In this document: piece by piece, positions 21,056-30,388 of the stretch
Layout: the number at the start of each line of letters is the position of its first letter
Position numbering within the stretch: position 1 is the first letter of the stretch
NCBI GenBank assembly: GCA_964609895.1
Contig: CAZSTG010000001.1
Span: 141,897-205,896, forward strand
Direction: 5' to 3'
DNA: 64,000 bases
Source: an uncultured Gammaproteobacteria bacterium
Lineage (GTDB): Bacteria; Patescibacteriota; Microgenomatia; UBA10105; UBA927
Notes under the pieces: model-generated
What the model was told of the DNA's origin: nothing
Seen by the model: only the letters and a program-made list of their open reading frames with translations
The model's database searches: none
Made by a program: the position numbers and the translations under genes

Positions 21056-21526
21056 ATGCGTCATACGTATTTTGGAAAAAAGCTATCCCGAACAACCGAC
21101 CAACGTAAACAATTGTTACGGAATTTGGCATGCGATCTAATTAAGCACGGAAGTATCAAAACGACCAAAGCAAAAGCGGTTGCGGTGCGCGCAAAAGTCG
21201 AGAAACTGATTACACGGGCAAAAAAGGCGGATCAGCATGCATACAGACTGGTGCTGTCAGAACTTACACATGCCGATGCGGCAAAGCAATTGATGGAAGA
21301 TGCAAAAACACGGTTTTCCGGAAGAACAAGCGGATATATTCGAATCCTTCGGTACGGAATGGTTGGAAGCGACGCACGTGATCTTGTGCAGATTTCATTT
21401 GTCGACCCAAAAATTGTCGCTGAAGTGATTAAGCCAGAAGGTAAGAAAGAAGAGGCAAAGAAAGAAGTAAAAACAACGGAAACAAAAAAAGAATCAAAGC
21501 CTACAAAAGCAAAAAAAACTAAGTAA
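21056..21526 (+). CDS. rplQ: 50S ribosomal protein L17 with K/E-rich C-terminal tail
   Basis: MRH, IKTTKAKA, VEKLITRAK. Confidence 0.97.
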   Translation: MRHTYFGKKLSRTTDQRKQLLRNLACDLIKHGSIKTTKAKAVAVRAKVEKLITRAKKADQHAYRLVLSELTHADAAKQLMEDAKTRFSGRTSGYIRILRYGMVGSDARDLVQISFVDPKIVAEVIKPEGKKEEAKKEVKTTETKKESKPTKAKKTK

Positions 21527-21534
21527 AAAAGACT

Positions 21535-21960
21535 ATGAGAACACAATTTACACAGGCAACAAAGAAAAAAGAAATTACGAGAGCTTGGCATCTTGTGGAT
21601 GTGAAAGGAAAAGTGTTGGGACATGTGGCAACAGAGATTGCCGTGAAACTGTTGGGTAAAAACAAACCAAACTATACACCAAGCTTGGATTGCGGAGATT
21701 ATGTTGTAGTGACAAATTGTAAACTTGTGGAAGTGACGGGCAAGAAAGAAAAGAAAAAGATGTACGGTAACTTTTCGGGATATCCAGGCGGCTTGAAGGA
21801 AAAAGCGCTGTGGCAGATGCGGAAAGAAAAACCGACCGAAATTATCCGTCACGCAGTCTGGGGTATGCTGCCGAAGAACAAACTTCGGGACAGAATTATC
21901 ACCCGTTTATTTTTGTTTGCAGATGAACATCACACATATCAAAAAAATATCGTAGGATAA
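21535..21960 (+). CDS. rplM: 50S ribosomal protein L13
   Basis: DCGDYVVV, SGYPGGLK, GMLPKNKL. Confidence 0.98.
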   Translation: MRTQFTQATKKKEITRAWHLVDVKGKVLGHVATEIAVKLLGKNKPNYTPSLDCGDYVVVTNCKLVEVTGKKEKKKMYGNFSGYPGGLKEKALWQMRKEKPTEIIRHAVWGMLPKNKLRDRIITRLFLFADEHHTYQKNIVG

Positions 21961-21963
21961 CGT

Positions 21964-22422
21964 ATGGAAAAAACAACAAAATCAGAACAAGTTTCTTATT
22001 ACGAAGCAGTTGGTCGAAGAAAGACGTCAAGTGCACGTGTCCGTATGCATGTTGTCAAAGACGATAAGGTGACGATTGCAGGAAAAGAAATGGAAAAAGG
22101 ACAGATAACGGTAAACGGCCGTGCTATTGAACAGTATTTTCCGGGGGAAGTGTTAAAGAAAATGTACATGGAACCGTTCAGAACGACAAACACAATGAAC
22201 CGGTTTGCCATAACCATTACTACCTCAGGTGGCGGACTGTACAGCCAGCTTGGCGCGGTGATTCATGCATTGTCACGTGCGCTTGAAAAAGTCGACAAGG
22301 AAAAGTTTCGGCCGATTCTCAAAAAACGCGGATTCATGAAACGCGATCCCCGTGCAAAACAACGCCGGAAGGCAGGATTTGCAGGAAAAGCCCGTGCACG
22401 AAAACAAAGCCCGAAGCGGTAA
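21964..22422 (+). CDS. rpsI: 30S ribosomal protein S9
   Basis: GRRKTSSARV, RDPR, KARARKQSPKR. Confidence 0.97.
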   Translation: MEKTTKSEQVSYYEAVGRRKTSSARVRMHVVKDDKVTIAGKEMEKGQITVNGRAIEQYFPGEVLKKMYMEPFRTTNTMNRFAITITTSGGGLYSQLGAVIHALSRALEKVDKEKFRPILKKRGFMKRDPRAKQRRKAGFAGKARARKQSPKR

Positions 22423-22430
22423 GGCCGCAG

Positions 22431-22461
22431 TCCCGAACCGAGCTTTACTCTGGTTCTGGGA
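22431..22461. terminator. Hairpin between convergent rpsI and ddl-like gene (possible terminator or REP-like element)
   Basis: TCCC-GAACC ... GGTTC-T-GGGA inverted repeat; no U-tract. Confidence 0.35.
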
Positions 22462-22502
22462 TAGTCTCCAAAACGGTACATCCACTCCTGTGTCTTTGTA
22501 TC

Positions 22503-23507
22503 TCAGGAATCAAGAACACGCTGATAGGCCGTGCTGGCAATTGTTTCTATAAATTGACCATAGGTCCATTTCAGCGTATAGACAGAAGCGAGTGTGGCAT
22601 CCTCAGGATCATAGTAATTCAGGCTCGGATTCATGTTGACATCAATAACATAGGGAATACCCTTGGCATCTATTCGGAAATCAAATCTGGCAACATCTCT
22701 GCAATGGAACGCCTGATATGCCCGTGTTGCAATATTTTGAATTTTTTCATGGAGAGAGGCAGATATTTTTGCGGGGGAATCAATATGTGCATTCCAGTAC
22801 TCCCATGATTTTTTATCCCATTTCGCCTCATAGGTATAAATATTCCATTTCTTTTTTGATTTTTTTCCGAATCCGATTTCACAATAAGGCAGGGTTATGA
22901 TATTGCCGTCATTGCCCAGTACCGTAACATGAATTTCTCTCCCTTTAATAAATTTTTCCACAACGACTTCCCCCGGAAAATGATCAAATACATACTGCAC
23001 CCGTTCTTTCAGTTCTTCCATTGTGTTGACAACCGACGCTTGAGAAATGCCAATGCCCGCATGCTGATTGGATGGTTTGACGATAAGCGGATAGGTAAGT
23101 GTTCCTGCAAGGATTTTTGACCGGCGGTTGAATATTCTGTACGGCGCCGTACTGATGTGCTCTTCCGTCATTTTCCGCTTTACGCAGGCTTTGCTGATTG
23201 CATAGCGGAAGCTCAACATGTCATGTCCGACCTGTGCCCGCTTGAGTTTTTCTAACCTATGACCGACACGTTTGTATAAATTCCATGTATCATCTTCAAC
23301 GAGATTAAACACGACGTCGCCCGGAAGTTTTGTTGCACGTTTCCAGTTTTTTTCAGTGACAGCAATTTTTTTAACGACATGTTTTCGTTTTCGTAATGCT
23401 TCAGCAATTCCTTTTGCACAAAGTCGCGTATCTTCATCATCATGGTTTTTTCCTTTGTGATAGAGAATAAGCGCAGAAAGAGATGTACGAAATGAAATTG
23501 GTTTCAT
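22503..23507 (-). CDS. D-alanine--D-alanine ligase-like ATP-grasp protein
   Basis: YPLIVKP, VVEKFIKGREI, ARFDFR, VIDVNMNP. Own promoter TTGTAC-N17-TATACT at 23590-23562. Confidence 0.8.
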   Translation of the reverse strand: MKPISFRTSLSALILYHKGKNHDDEDTRLCAKGIAEALRKRKHVVKKIAVTEKNWKRATKLPGDVVFNLVEDDTWNLYKRVGHRLEKLKRAQVGHDMLSFRYAISKACVKRKMTEEHISTAPYRIFNRRSKILAGTLTYPLIVKPSNQHAGIGISQASVVNTMEELKERVQYVFDHFPGEVVVEKFIKGREIHVTVLGNDGNIITLPYCEIGFGKKSKKKWNIYTYEAKWDKKSWEYWNAHIDSPAKISASLHEKIQNIATRAYQAFHCRDVARFDFRIDAKGIPYVIDVNMNPSLNYYDPEDATLASVYTLKWTYGQFIETIASTAYQRVLDS

Positions 23508-23590
23508 GAGAACAAAAATTTATTTGGGGCAGAAAACAGAAATAAAAATGTAATTAATTTTAGTATAAGGAATACAAGAGAAAAGTACAA

Positions 23591-24220
23591 TTATGCAATT
23601 TTTACAATCACGTTTGGAAGATCGTCAAAAGACGTGATGGTTGCGTCCGCATCAGGATAAAATTTTTCAGAGAGCATGATGATTTTTGTTCCCGCAGCAC
23701 GGGCAGCGAGAAGATCCGCTTGCTGATCGCCGACATATAGTGTTTCTTCCGGTACAATTTTTAATTGATTGATTGCATGGAGTAGTGGTTCAGGATGTGG
23801 TTTATGTTTTTCTGTATCTTCAAAAGAAACAACAACAGAAAAATATTTTTCTAGAGGTGCAAGCTGTGGAAGTTGAAATACACCTCCTTTAATGCGACTG
23901 GTTACAATTCCCAGCGTATGTGTTTTATGTAATGTTTCAATCACTGACACAAGAGAATCGGGTGTTCTGATCAGATCATATGGATACAGGCTTTCCCGTT
24001 GTTTTCCCATATGCATTAACCGTTCAATTTCTTTTTGGTCAGTGGTTCCTGTTACTGTTTGTATGACACCAAGCATTGTCATCTGATACATATCTGTATA
24101 TGCTTCACGTGTCGGCGGAGTGTATCCTGCCTTGATAAATAATCTGCGGAAGAATTCGAAGTTTGCGTCAAATGAATAAATCAGAACTCCATCAACATCA
24201 AAAAGAATTGTTTTCATCAT
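23591..24220 (-). CDS. HAD-superfamily phosphatase (HAD-IA)
   Basis: ILFDVDGVL, KPHPEPL, YVGD...D. Start moved out of the tRNA to ATG 24220/24217. Confidence 0.9.
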   Translation of the reverse strand: MMKTILFDVDGVLIYSFDANFEFFRRLFIKAGYTPPTREAYTDMYQMTMLGVIQTVTGTTDQKEIERLMHMGKQRESLYPYDLIRTPDSLVSVIETLHKTHTLGIVTSRIKGGVFQLPQLAPLEKYFSVVVSFEDTEKHKPHPEPLLHAINQLKIVPEETLYVGDQQADLLAARAAGTKIIMLSEKFYPDADATITSFDDLPNVIVKIA

Positions 24221-24235
24221 GACGTCTTGTGTCAG

Positions 24236-24309
24236 TCGGGGTGACTCGACTTGAACGAGCAACCTCTCGCACCCCATGCGAGTGCGCTAGCCAATTGCGC
24301 CACACCCCG
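24236..24309 (-). tRNA. tRNA-Pro(GGG), CCA not encoded
   Basis: Reverse complement CGGGGTG...CACCCCG-A; anticodon arm CTCGC-ATGGGGT-GCGAG; T-loop GTTCAAGTC. Confidence 0.95.
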
Positions 24310-24407
24310 TGTGATATATTGTATTCTACCACCCGCTGTGCAAAAATGGTATGAAGCTTCCAGTCATTATCATTTACTAATTTCTGCCCGAAATAAAGGA
24401 GTCACAT

Positions 24408-25442
24408 ATGCCAATAGATGCCAAACTTCAAGCAGTTCGTCTTGCTATGGATCAGATCGAAAAACAATATGGAAAAGGTTCCATTATGCGGTTTGGGGAA
24501 AAATCCTCGGATAAACTTGCACTCGATGTTATTTCAACAGGAATTCTTCCGCTCGATTTGGCACTCGGCGTTGGGGGTATACCGCGGGGAAGAATTGTCG
24601 AGATTTACGGACCGGAGGCGTCGGGAAAAACAACCGCATGTTTATCCGTCATTGCCGAAGCGCAAAAAGCGGGGGGAACGGCGGCGTTTATTGATGCGGA
24701 ACATGCACTTGATCCGCAATGGGCGCAGACGTTGGGAGTGAAACTGGAAGACCTCTTGATTTCCCAACCGGATTCAGGAGAACAGGCTCTTGAAATCGCC
24801 GAAACATTAATTCGGAGTGGAGGCATCGACGTTATCGTGGTTGATTCGGTTGCGGCACTGGTGCCGCGGGCGGAGCTGGAGGGTGATATCGGTGACAGTA
24901 TGATCGGTGTACAGGCGCGGCTTATGTCGCAGGCACTCCGCAGACTGACTGCAGTTATTTCCAAATCAAAAGCAGTCGTCATGTTTACAAATCAGCTGCG
25001 TCAGAAAATCGGTGTGATGTTCGGTAATCCGGAAACAACTCCAGGAGGACTGGCGATGAAATTCTACGCATCTATCCGTCTGGATTCCAGAAAAATAGAA
25101 TCGTTAAAAGATGGCGATAAAGTAATCGGTTCAAGGCACCGGATTCGTGTTGTAAAAAATAAAGTGGCTCCGCCGTTTCGCATTGCGGAATTTGATGTCA
25201 TGCACGACGGTGTGTCCAAGGAAGGGGCGCTCATTGATGTCGGTATTGAATTTGCCATTCTGACGAAATCCGGAGCATTTATCAAACATGGTGCGCAGAT
25301 GCTCGGACAGGGAAAAGAAGCGGCAAAAATTTTCCTCAGGGAAAATCCGAAAATTGCCAAAGAAATCAGTGAGGCGATTTGGAAAGTTGTCCGATCCGGT
25401 TCCGTACAGGCCAAGGTAGTGGTTGGCAGTGAGGAAGAATAA
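24408..25442 (+). CDS. recA: Recombinase A
   Basis: [36 protein letters not shown]. Confidence 0.99.
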   Translation: MPIDAKLQAVRLAMDQIEKQYGKGSIMRFGEKSSDKLALDVISTGILPLDLALGVGGIPRGRIVEIYGPEASGKTTACLSVIAEAQKAGGTAAFIDAEHALDPQWAQTLGVKLEDLLISQPDSGEQALEIAETLIRSGGIDVIVVDSVAALVPRAELEGDIGDSMIGVQARLMSQALRRLTAVISKSKAVVMFTNQLRQKIGVMFGNPETTPGGLAMKFYASIRLDSRKIESLKDGDKVIGSRHRIRVVKNKVAPPFRIAEFDVMHDGVSKEGALIDVGIEFAILTKSGAFIKHGAQMLGQGKEAAKIFLRENPKIAKEISEAIWKVVRSGSVQAKVVVGSEEE

Positions 25443-25457
25443 TTTCGTTGAAATCTC

Positions 25458-25946
25458 ATGGAGGATGAAAAACTTCAAAAGCTCATAGGAGCGGCAATTG
25501 CGTATGTTTCGATCCACCCGAGAAGCGCGGCGGAAATCCGTGCCTATTTGGACAGGCGCTCGCTTCGGTTTCATATATCCGAAACAGCCGTTACAGAGGC
25601 ATTGGAGCGCCTTATTTCCCTTGGTTTGGTAGATGACAGGGCATACGCGAAAATGTTCGTGGAAAGCCGTATCCGGAGCCGTCCCAAGGGAGAACGCAGC
25701 ATCCGGATGGAATTGAAAACAAAAGGTGTTCAACAAGAGATTATTGACTCGGTTTGTGGAGAATATTTTACTTCGGATGGTACAGAATCCAGCGAACTCG
25801 TCTTAGCTCGATCGGCTTTGGAGAAAAAATGGCGTCAATGGCATACGTTGCCCGTTCGTGTATTGAAGCAAAAAGTATACCGGTTTCTGGCATCCCGCGG
25901 TTTTTCCAACAGTACTATATATAAAATCATTGACGAACGGGTCTAG
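25458..25946 (+). CDS. recX: Regulatory protein RecX
   Basis: Downstream of recA; DDRAYA, KG...I..EL..KGV, FLASRGF. Confidence 0.9.
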   Translation: MEDEKLQKLIGAAIAYVSIHPRSAAEIRAYLDRRSLRFHISETAVTEALERLISLGLVDDRAYAKMFVESRIRSRPKGERSIRMELKTKGVQQEIIDSVCGEYFTSDGTESSELVLARSALEKKWRQWHTLPVRVLKQKVYRFLASRGFSNSTIYKIIDERV

Positions 25947-25958
25947 ATTCATTACAAT
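25930..25958 (+). promoter_or_regulatory. Sigma70-type promoter upstream of structured RNA/rny
   Basis: TTGACG-N17-TACAAT. Confidence 0.7.
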
Positions 25959-25964
25959 AAGGAA

Positions 25965-26152
25965 CAATTGAAGAGACAGAAGACGTACGGAAGTAAGGTC
26001 TTTTCAAAACTATCAGAAGAAGACTAGCAGTATAGAATACGTAGGACTATGACAACCATACAAGTACTTTTATCTCCTACACAGTCAGCCGCCTAACACA
26101 AGGCGCTTCTTTTGGTGGTTTTTATACGGAGAATATCCCTGATACGTCTTCA
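25965..26152 (+). ncRNA. Candidate structured RNA (6S-like or rny leader)
   Basis: 9-bp closing stem 25979-87/26143-51; 17-bp stem 26006-22/26106-22 whose three non-WC pairs are all G-U; inner stems 26041-46/26075-80 and 26090-94/26101-05. Confidence 0.5.
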
Positions 26153-26178
26153 GACAAAAAACAGAATTTGGAGGGCAT

Positions 26179-27744
26179 ATGTTTGATGTACTAAAAACTT
26201 TATCAACACTCGTAAAAACAAAACCTACGGTTGCAGCAAAACAGCCGGTGAAAAAACAGATGGCAAACGAACCTGTCAAAACGCAGGCGGCACAACAACC
26301 ACAAGCTGCAAAAGATGGAAAAAAAGACGTACCGGTGACACAACAAGCAAAAGCCGAGTTGCAGCAGGCGGCGGCACAAGCACAGGCGCAGGTTGCAATG
26401 GCGACAGCACAGGCGAGAGAATTAATTGTTGAGGCCAAAGACGAAGCATACAGAATTAAACGGGAGTCGGAAGAAGAAGTGCGAAAACGACTTGATGCGG
26501 CGGGGAAACGGGAAGGGGCAGTGGAAGAGCGGGAAAAGCATATTGCAGATGTGGAACGTACCGTACAAAAACGGCTTACAGATGTTGAGGCAATCCGGAC
26601 AGAACTGAATGCAAAATTAGAAAAAACCGCGCGCATGACGAGTGAAGAAGCGCGGAAGCTAGTATTGGATCAGGCACAGGAAAAAATGAAGCCGCTTATC
26701 GCGAAAGAAATTAAGGAAGCATATATCAAGGCGGAGGAAGAGTCAGAACTCAAAGCGCGTGAAATTCTGGTTGACGCGATGCGACATGGTGCAACGGAAT
26801 ATGTTGCGGAATTTACCGTATCCGTTATCAAGATTGCTGATGAGGATATAAAGGGACGGATTATCGGAAAAGAAGGACGCAACATCCGTGCATTCGAAAC
26901 GGCAACAGGTGTGGATGTGGATCTTGATGAAGAAGGGGTCATCAGGCTTTCCTGTTTTGATCCGGTTCGGCGCGAAATTGCGCGCGTTGCATTAGAACGT
27001 CTTTTGAAAGACGGACGGGTGCAGCCAGGACGGATAGAGGAAATCATCGAGCAGGTGAAAAAGGAAATTGAACGTATCATGTTTGAAGAAGGACAAAAAT
27101 TGTGTCACGCGGTTGGCGTGTATAATCTGCCTTCACCGATTGTTGCGATGCTCGGCCGGTTTAAATACCGGTTTTCCTACGGACAAAACATGATTGCACA
27201 CACATTGGAGGAAACAAAAATCGGTATCGCACTTGCAAAAGAAGTGGGAGCCGACGCGAATATTGTCCGTCTCGGATGTTTACTTCACGATATCGGGAAG
27301 GTCATTAATGACAAAGAAGGAAGTCATGTGGAATTGGGTGTCGAGTTGTGTAAAAAATATGGTCTTCCGCCCGCGGTGATTGCTTGTGTGGCGCAGCATC
27401 ATGAAGACACGCCGTTTACGAGCGCTGAATCTATGCTCACCTACATTGCCGATGCTATATCAGGAAGCCGTCCTGGAGCACGGTATGAGAATTATGATGA
27501 ATATATCAAGAGACTGAAGGATCTGGAGGATATTGCAAAAGCACACGAAGGAGTAAAAGAGGTGTTTGCATTTCAAGCAGGACGTGAACTTCGTGTTGCT
27601 GTTGATCCAGGAAAAGTGGATGATGATACAGCGACAATCATTGCACAGAAGATTAAAGAAGAAATTGAAGACAAGATCACTTTTCCGGGACAAATCAAAG
27701 TGACGGTAGTTCGGGAATTACGTGCTACAGAAATAGCCCACTGA
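26179..27744 (+). CDS. rny: Ribonuclease Y
   Basis: Coiled coil, KH (KGRIIGKEGRNIR), HD (LLHDIGK), ADAISGSRPGAR. Confidence 0.97.
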   Translation: MFDVLKTLSTLVKTKPTVAAKQPVKKQMANEPVKTQAAQQPQAAKDGKKDVPVTQQAKAELQQAAAQAQAQVAMATAQARELIVEAKDEAYRIKRESEEEVRKRLDAAGKREGAVEEREKHIADVERTVQKRLTDVEAIRTELNAKLEKTARMTSEEARKLVLDQAQEKMKPLIAKEIKEAYIKAEEESELKAREILVDAMRHGATEYVAEFTVSVIKIADEDIKGRIIGKEGRNIRAFETATGVDVDLDEEGVIRLSCFDPVRREIARVALERLLKDGRVQPGRIEEIIEQVKKEIERIMFEEGQKLCHAVGVYNLPSPIVAMLGRFKYRFSYGQNMIAHTLEETKIGIALAKEVGADANIVRLGCLLHDIGKVINDKEGSHVELGVELCKKYGLPPAVIACVAQHHEDTPFTSAESMLTYIADAISGSRPGARYENYDEYIKRLKDLEDIAKAHEGVKEVFAFQAGRELRVAVDPGKVDDDTATIIAQKIKEEIEDKITFPGQIKVTVVRELRATEIAH

Positions 27745-27876
27745 TATTTTTTGTCGGAAATCGGGAGCAAAAAATCCGGCTGTTTTCGGCGAAAAAAAGT
27801 TTTTCGCGTCATATCGCGTTTTTCATTTAATCCATTACGATTCGGATTGTATTAGTGCGATATATTTTTTGACATC

Positions 27877-27905
27877 TTGACAGTACAATCCAAATTCCAT
27901 ATCGT
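27877..27905 (+). promoter_or_regulatory. Promoter for hup
   Basis: TTGACA-N17-TATCGT; strong SD GGGAGGTGA further downstream. Confidence 0.5.
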
Positions 27906-27973
27906 GATTCATAGAGATTGTTACAACAATCTGAAAAAATTTGCTGCCCGAGCAGGGAGGTGAAAAAAGAACT

Positions 27974-28246
27974 ATGACAAAAGCAGATTTGGTAGAAATC
28001 GTTGCGAAAAAAGCAAGCCTTACAGCAAAAGCAGCACGTGAATCAGTTGCTGCAGTATTCGGTGCAATGACTGACGCCTTGAAAAAAGGTGACAAAGTCG
28101 TGGTAACAGGATTTGGAACATTCATGATCAGATCCCGAAAAGCACGAACCGGAAGAAATCCGCAAACCGGAAAACCAATCAGTATTCCAGCACGTAAGAC
28201 CCCTGGTTTTACAGCAGGAAAAGCATTGAAAAAAGCTGTTCGGTAA
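27974..28246 (+). CDS. hup: DNA-binding protein HU
   Basis: MTKADLV, GFGTF, RTGRNPQTG, F.AGK.LK. Confidence 0.97.
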   Translation: MTKADLVEIVAKKASLTAKAARESVAAVFGAMTDALKKGDKVVVTGFGTFMIRSRKARTGRNPQTGKPISIPARKTPGFTAGKALKKAVR

Positions 28247-28273
28247 TCACCGAAATATTTTTTCAACTATAGT

Positions 28274-28333
28274 GGAAAGACTCCTTGCAGTTCTTTATGA
28301 AAATAAAGACCATAAGGAGCTTTCCTTTTTTTT
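28274..28333 (+). terminator. Long intrinsic terminator after hup
   Basis: GGAAAG-A-CTCCTT...TCTTTA/TAAAGA...AAGGAG-CTTTCC followed by T8. Confidence 0.7.
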
Positions 28334-28378
28334 GGGTAACATTGATTTATAAAAACACTCCGTGTACACTAATGATGT

Positions 28379-29206
28379 ATGGTAAAAAAAGCATCAAAAA
28401 CCAAAACCAAAATGAATGAAACTGTAGAAGAAAAGATTGAGGAGCTTGCATCAGAGATGCCAAAAAAAGAATCAGCACCGCAGGTAATGCAGGTTGTGGA
28501 GGTTATGGAAGAAGAAGTAGAAATTCCTGAAAAAGCAGAACAGAGAGAAGAATCTGCAGCAGACAATGTTTCTCAGACTGATGCGGCGGAATCCGAAATG
28601 CCGACAGCAGCAGCGGTCAAAACAGAAGAGGAAAAAAAGCAGGAGGTTGTGAGTGAATTTTTTGCAAAAAAGTCCACTCCACCTGCAGACGGAGGATCCG
28701 TTCCTTCATCATTCGGATATCCCGATATCAGCGTCCATAAAAAATCACCTGTTTCCGGAGTAGTATTGTGGGCACTTGGGATTATTCTTCTGGTTGTTGT
28801 GATCGGCGCCGTTATTATTGCCGCCAGCCGTGGATCGGTGACCATCCCAGTGCTTCAGGCAAAACCGACTCCAACACCGACTATGCAACCTACACCGACC
28901 GTAGCACCGACGCCCGTTATTGACAAAACAACCCTGAAAATTCAGGTGTTAAATGGATCTGGAACCGCAGGCGAGGCGGGAAAAATGAAAACCTTGCTTG
29001 AAGAAAAAGGATATACCGTTGTTGGAACCGGTAATGCAAAAACCTACGACTATGATCAGACTGAGCTTCAATCAACCAGTGCTGAGGAGGCAGTCTTAGG
29101 AATCTTATCGACTGATCTTGCAGGAACCTACACTGTTGGATCAACGGCAGCAACGTTAAAGGACACCTTGCCATACAATATTCTGGTAATTGTCGGGAAA
29201 GAGTAA
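28379..29206 (+). CDS. Membrane protein with C-terminal LytR_C domain
   Basis: Acidic N-terminus, TM, PT linker, IQVLNGSGTAGEA...TGNA...ILVIVG. Confidence 0.85.
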   Translation: MVKKASKTKTKMNETVEEKIEELASEMPKKESAPQVMQVVEVMEEEVEIPEKAEQREESAADNVSQTDAAESEMPTAAAVKTEEEKKQEVVSEFFAKKSTPPADGGSVPSSFGYPDISVHKKSPVSGVVLWALGIILLVVVIGAVIIAASRGSVTIPVLQAKPTPTPTMQPTPTVAPTPVIDKTTLKIQVLNGSGTAGEAGKMKTLLEEKGYTVVGTGNAKTYDYDQTELQSTSAEEAVLGILSTDLAGTYTVGSTAATLKDTLPYNILVIVGKE

Positions 29207-29230
29207 GACAATTCTGCTACAATCGTCTTC

Positions 29231-30388
29231 ATGAAGTATTACCTTTCAGTATTCGGCTGCGCTGCAAACACCGCGGAAAGTGAACGTATTGCCGCATCGT
29301 ATGTGGCCCGTGGATGGCAAGCGGCATCTACGATGAGTGATGCAGATGACGTCATTATTGTTACCTGTATGATCAGGCAGTCAGCAGAAGATAGAGTGAC
29401 AGGACTCCTTAGAAATTTAGGTGTTGAAAAAAAGGCGGGAAGAAAAGTGAAAATAATTGTGACCGGTTGCATGACGGGACTTGCCATACGAGATACTTCA
29501 GGAAAAATAATGGCAGGGTACAAGAAGAAGTATCCAATGGTCGATGAATTTTTAGCAATTGAGGAAGTTGGTTTTACAAATGTTCAGCTCAGGTCTGATC
29601 CAAAACATGCACTCGTTTTGATAAGCAACGGGTGCAATAATTTTTGTTCATACTGTGTTGTTCCATTTGCACGTGGGGCTGAAGTATCACGACCGATGGA
29701 AGAAGTTATCAAAGAGTGTGAACAACTTGTTCGTGATGGAGTGACGGCAATTACTCTTGTTGGACAAAATGTAAATTCTTATGGTTCAGATTTGGTGAAG
29801 GATAAAAAAGTGAAGGATGCACAGGGAAATGTGATTGCGCCGGTTTTTGTAAAACATCTAGGGAAAATGAGAATTCCTACGCTATTCCCTCATTTGTTAT
29901 CTGAAATTGCATTAATCAGTCCATCGACGTCAGTTGATTTTATTTCGAGTAATCCGTGGGATTTTTCCGACGAGTTGATTGCCGTGATTGCAAAAAACAA
30001 AAATATTAGGAGGCTCATACACCTGCCTGTACAGTCGGGGGATGCGACAGTTCTTAAAAAGATGAACAGGTGGTATACCCCCGCGGGATATATCCGGCTC
30101 ATAAATAAAATCAGGAAACATGTTCCTGATGTGCAATTTTCCACGGATATCATTGTCGGATTTCCGGGGGAAACGGTGAAACAATTTGAGAACACTGTCT
30201 CTTTGTGTCAGGCGGTCGGTTTTGCAAAAGCGTATATTTCGATTTATTCTGATCGACCTTCAACGTTTGCGCATAACAAATTAGGAGATACGATTCCATA
30301 CGCAGAGAAAAAACGACGGTGGGAACGATTGGATGAAATTATCAATAAAACAAATATCAGGAAAGGAACGTATCCGCTCTATGAATAA
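29231..30388 (+). CDS. miaB: Radical SAM methylthiotransferase, MiaB-like (no TRAM domain)
   Basis: UPF0004 Cys (FGC, TC, TGC), CNNFCSYC, HLPVQSG, TDIIVGFPGET; adjacent to miaA. Confidence 0.8.
   Translation: MKYYLSVFGCAANTAESERIAASYVARGWQAASTMSDADDVIIVTCMIRQSAEDRVTGLLRNLGVEKKAGRKVKIIVTGCMTGLAIRDTSGKIMAGYKKKYPMVDEFLAIEEVGFTNVQLRSDPKHALVLISNGCNNFCSYCVVPFARGAEVSRPMEEVIKECEQLVRDGVTAITLVGQNVNSYGSDLVKDKKVKDAQGNVIAPVFVKHLGKMRIPTLFPHLLSEIALISPSTSVDFISSNPWDFSDELIAVIAKNKNIRRLIHLPVQSGDATVLKKMNRWYTPAGYIRLINKIRKHVPDVQFSTDIIVGFPGETVKQFENTVSLCQAVGFAKAYISIYSDRPSTFAHNKLGDTIPYAEKKRRWERLDEIINKTNIRKGTYPLYE

Noticed and set aside
24221-24277. N-terminal extension of the HAD ORF given in the track
   Set aside because: It runs through the tRNA-Pro gene; the HAD motif I begins right after ATG 24220/24217.
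28274-28333. Long hairpin after hup as SRP RNA or another ncRNA
   Set aside because: It lacks the SRP domain IV motif, directly follows a gene and ends in T8, so it fits an intrinsic terminator.
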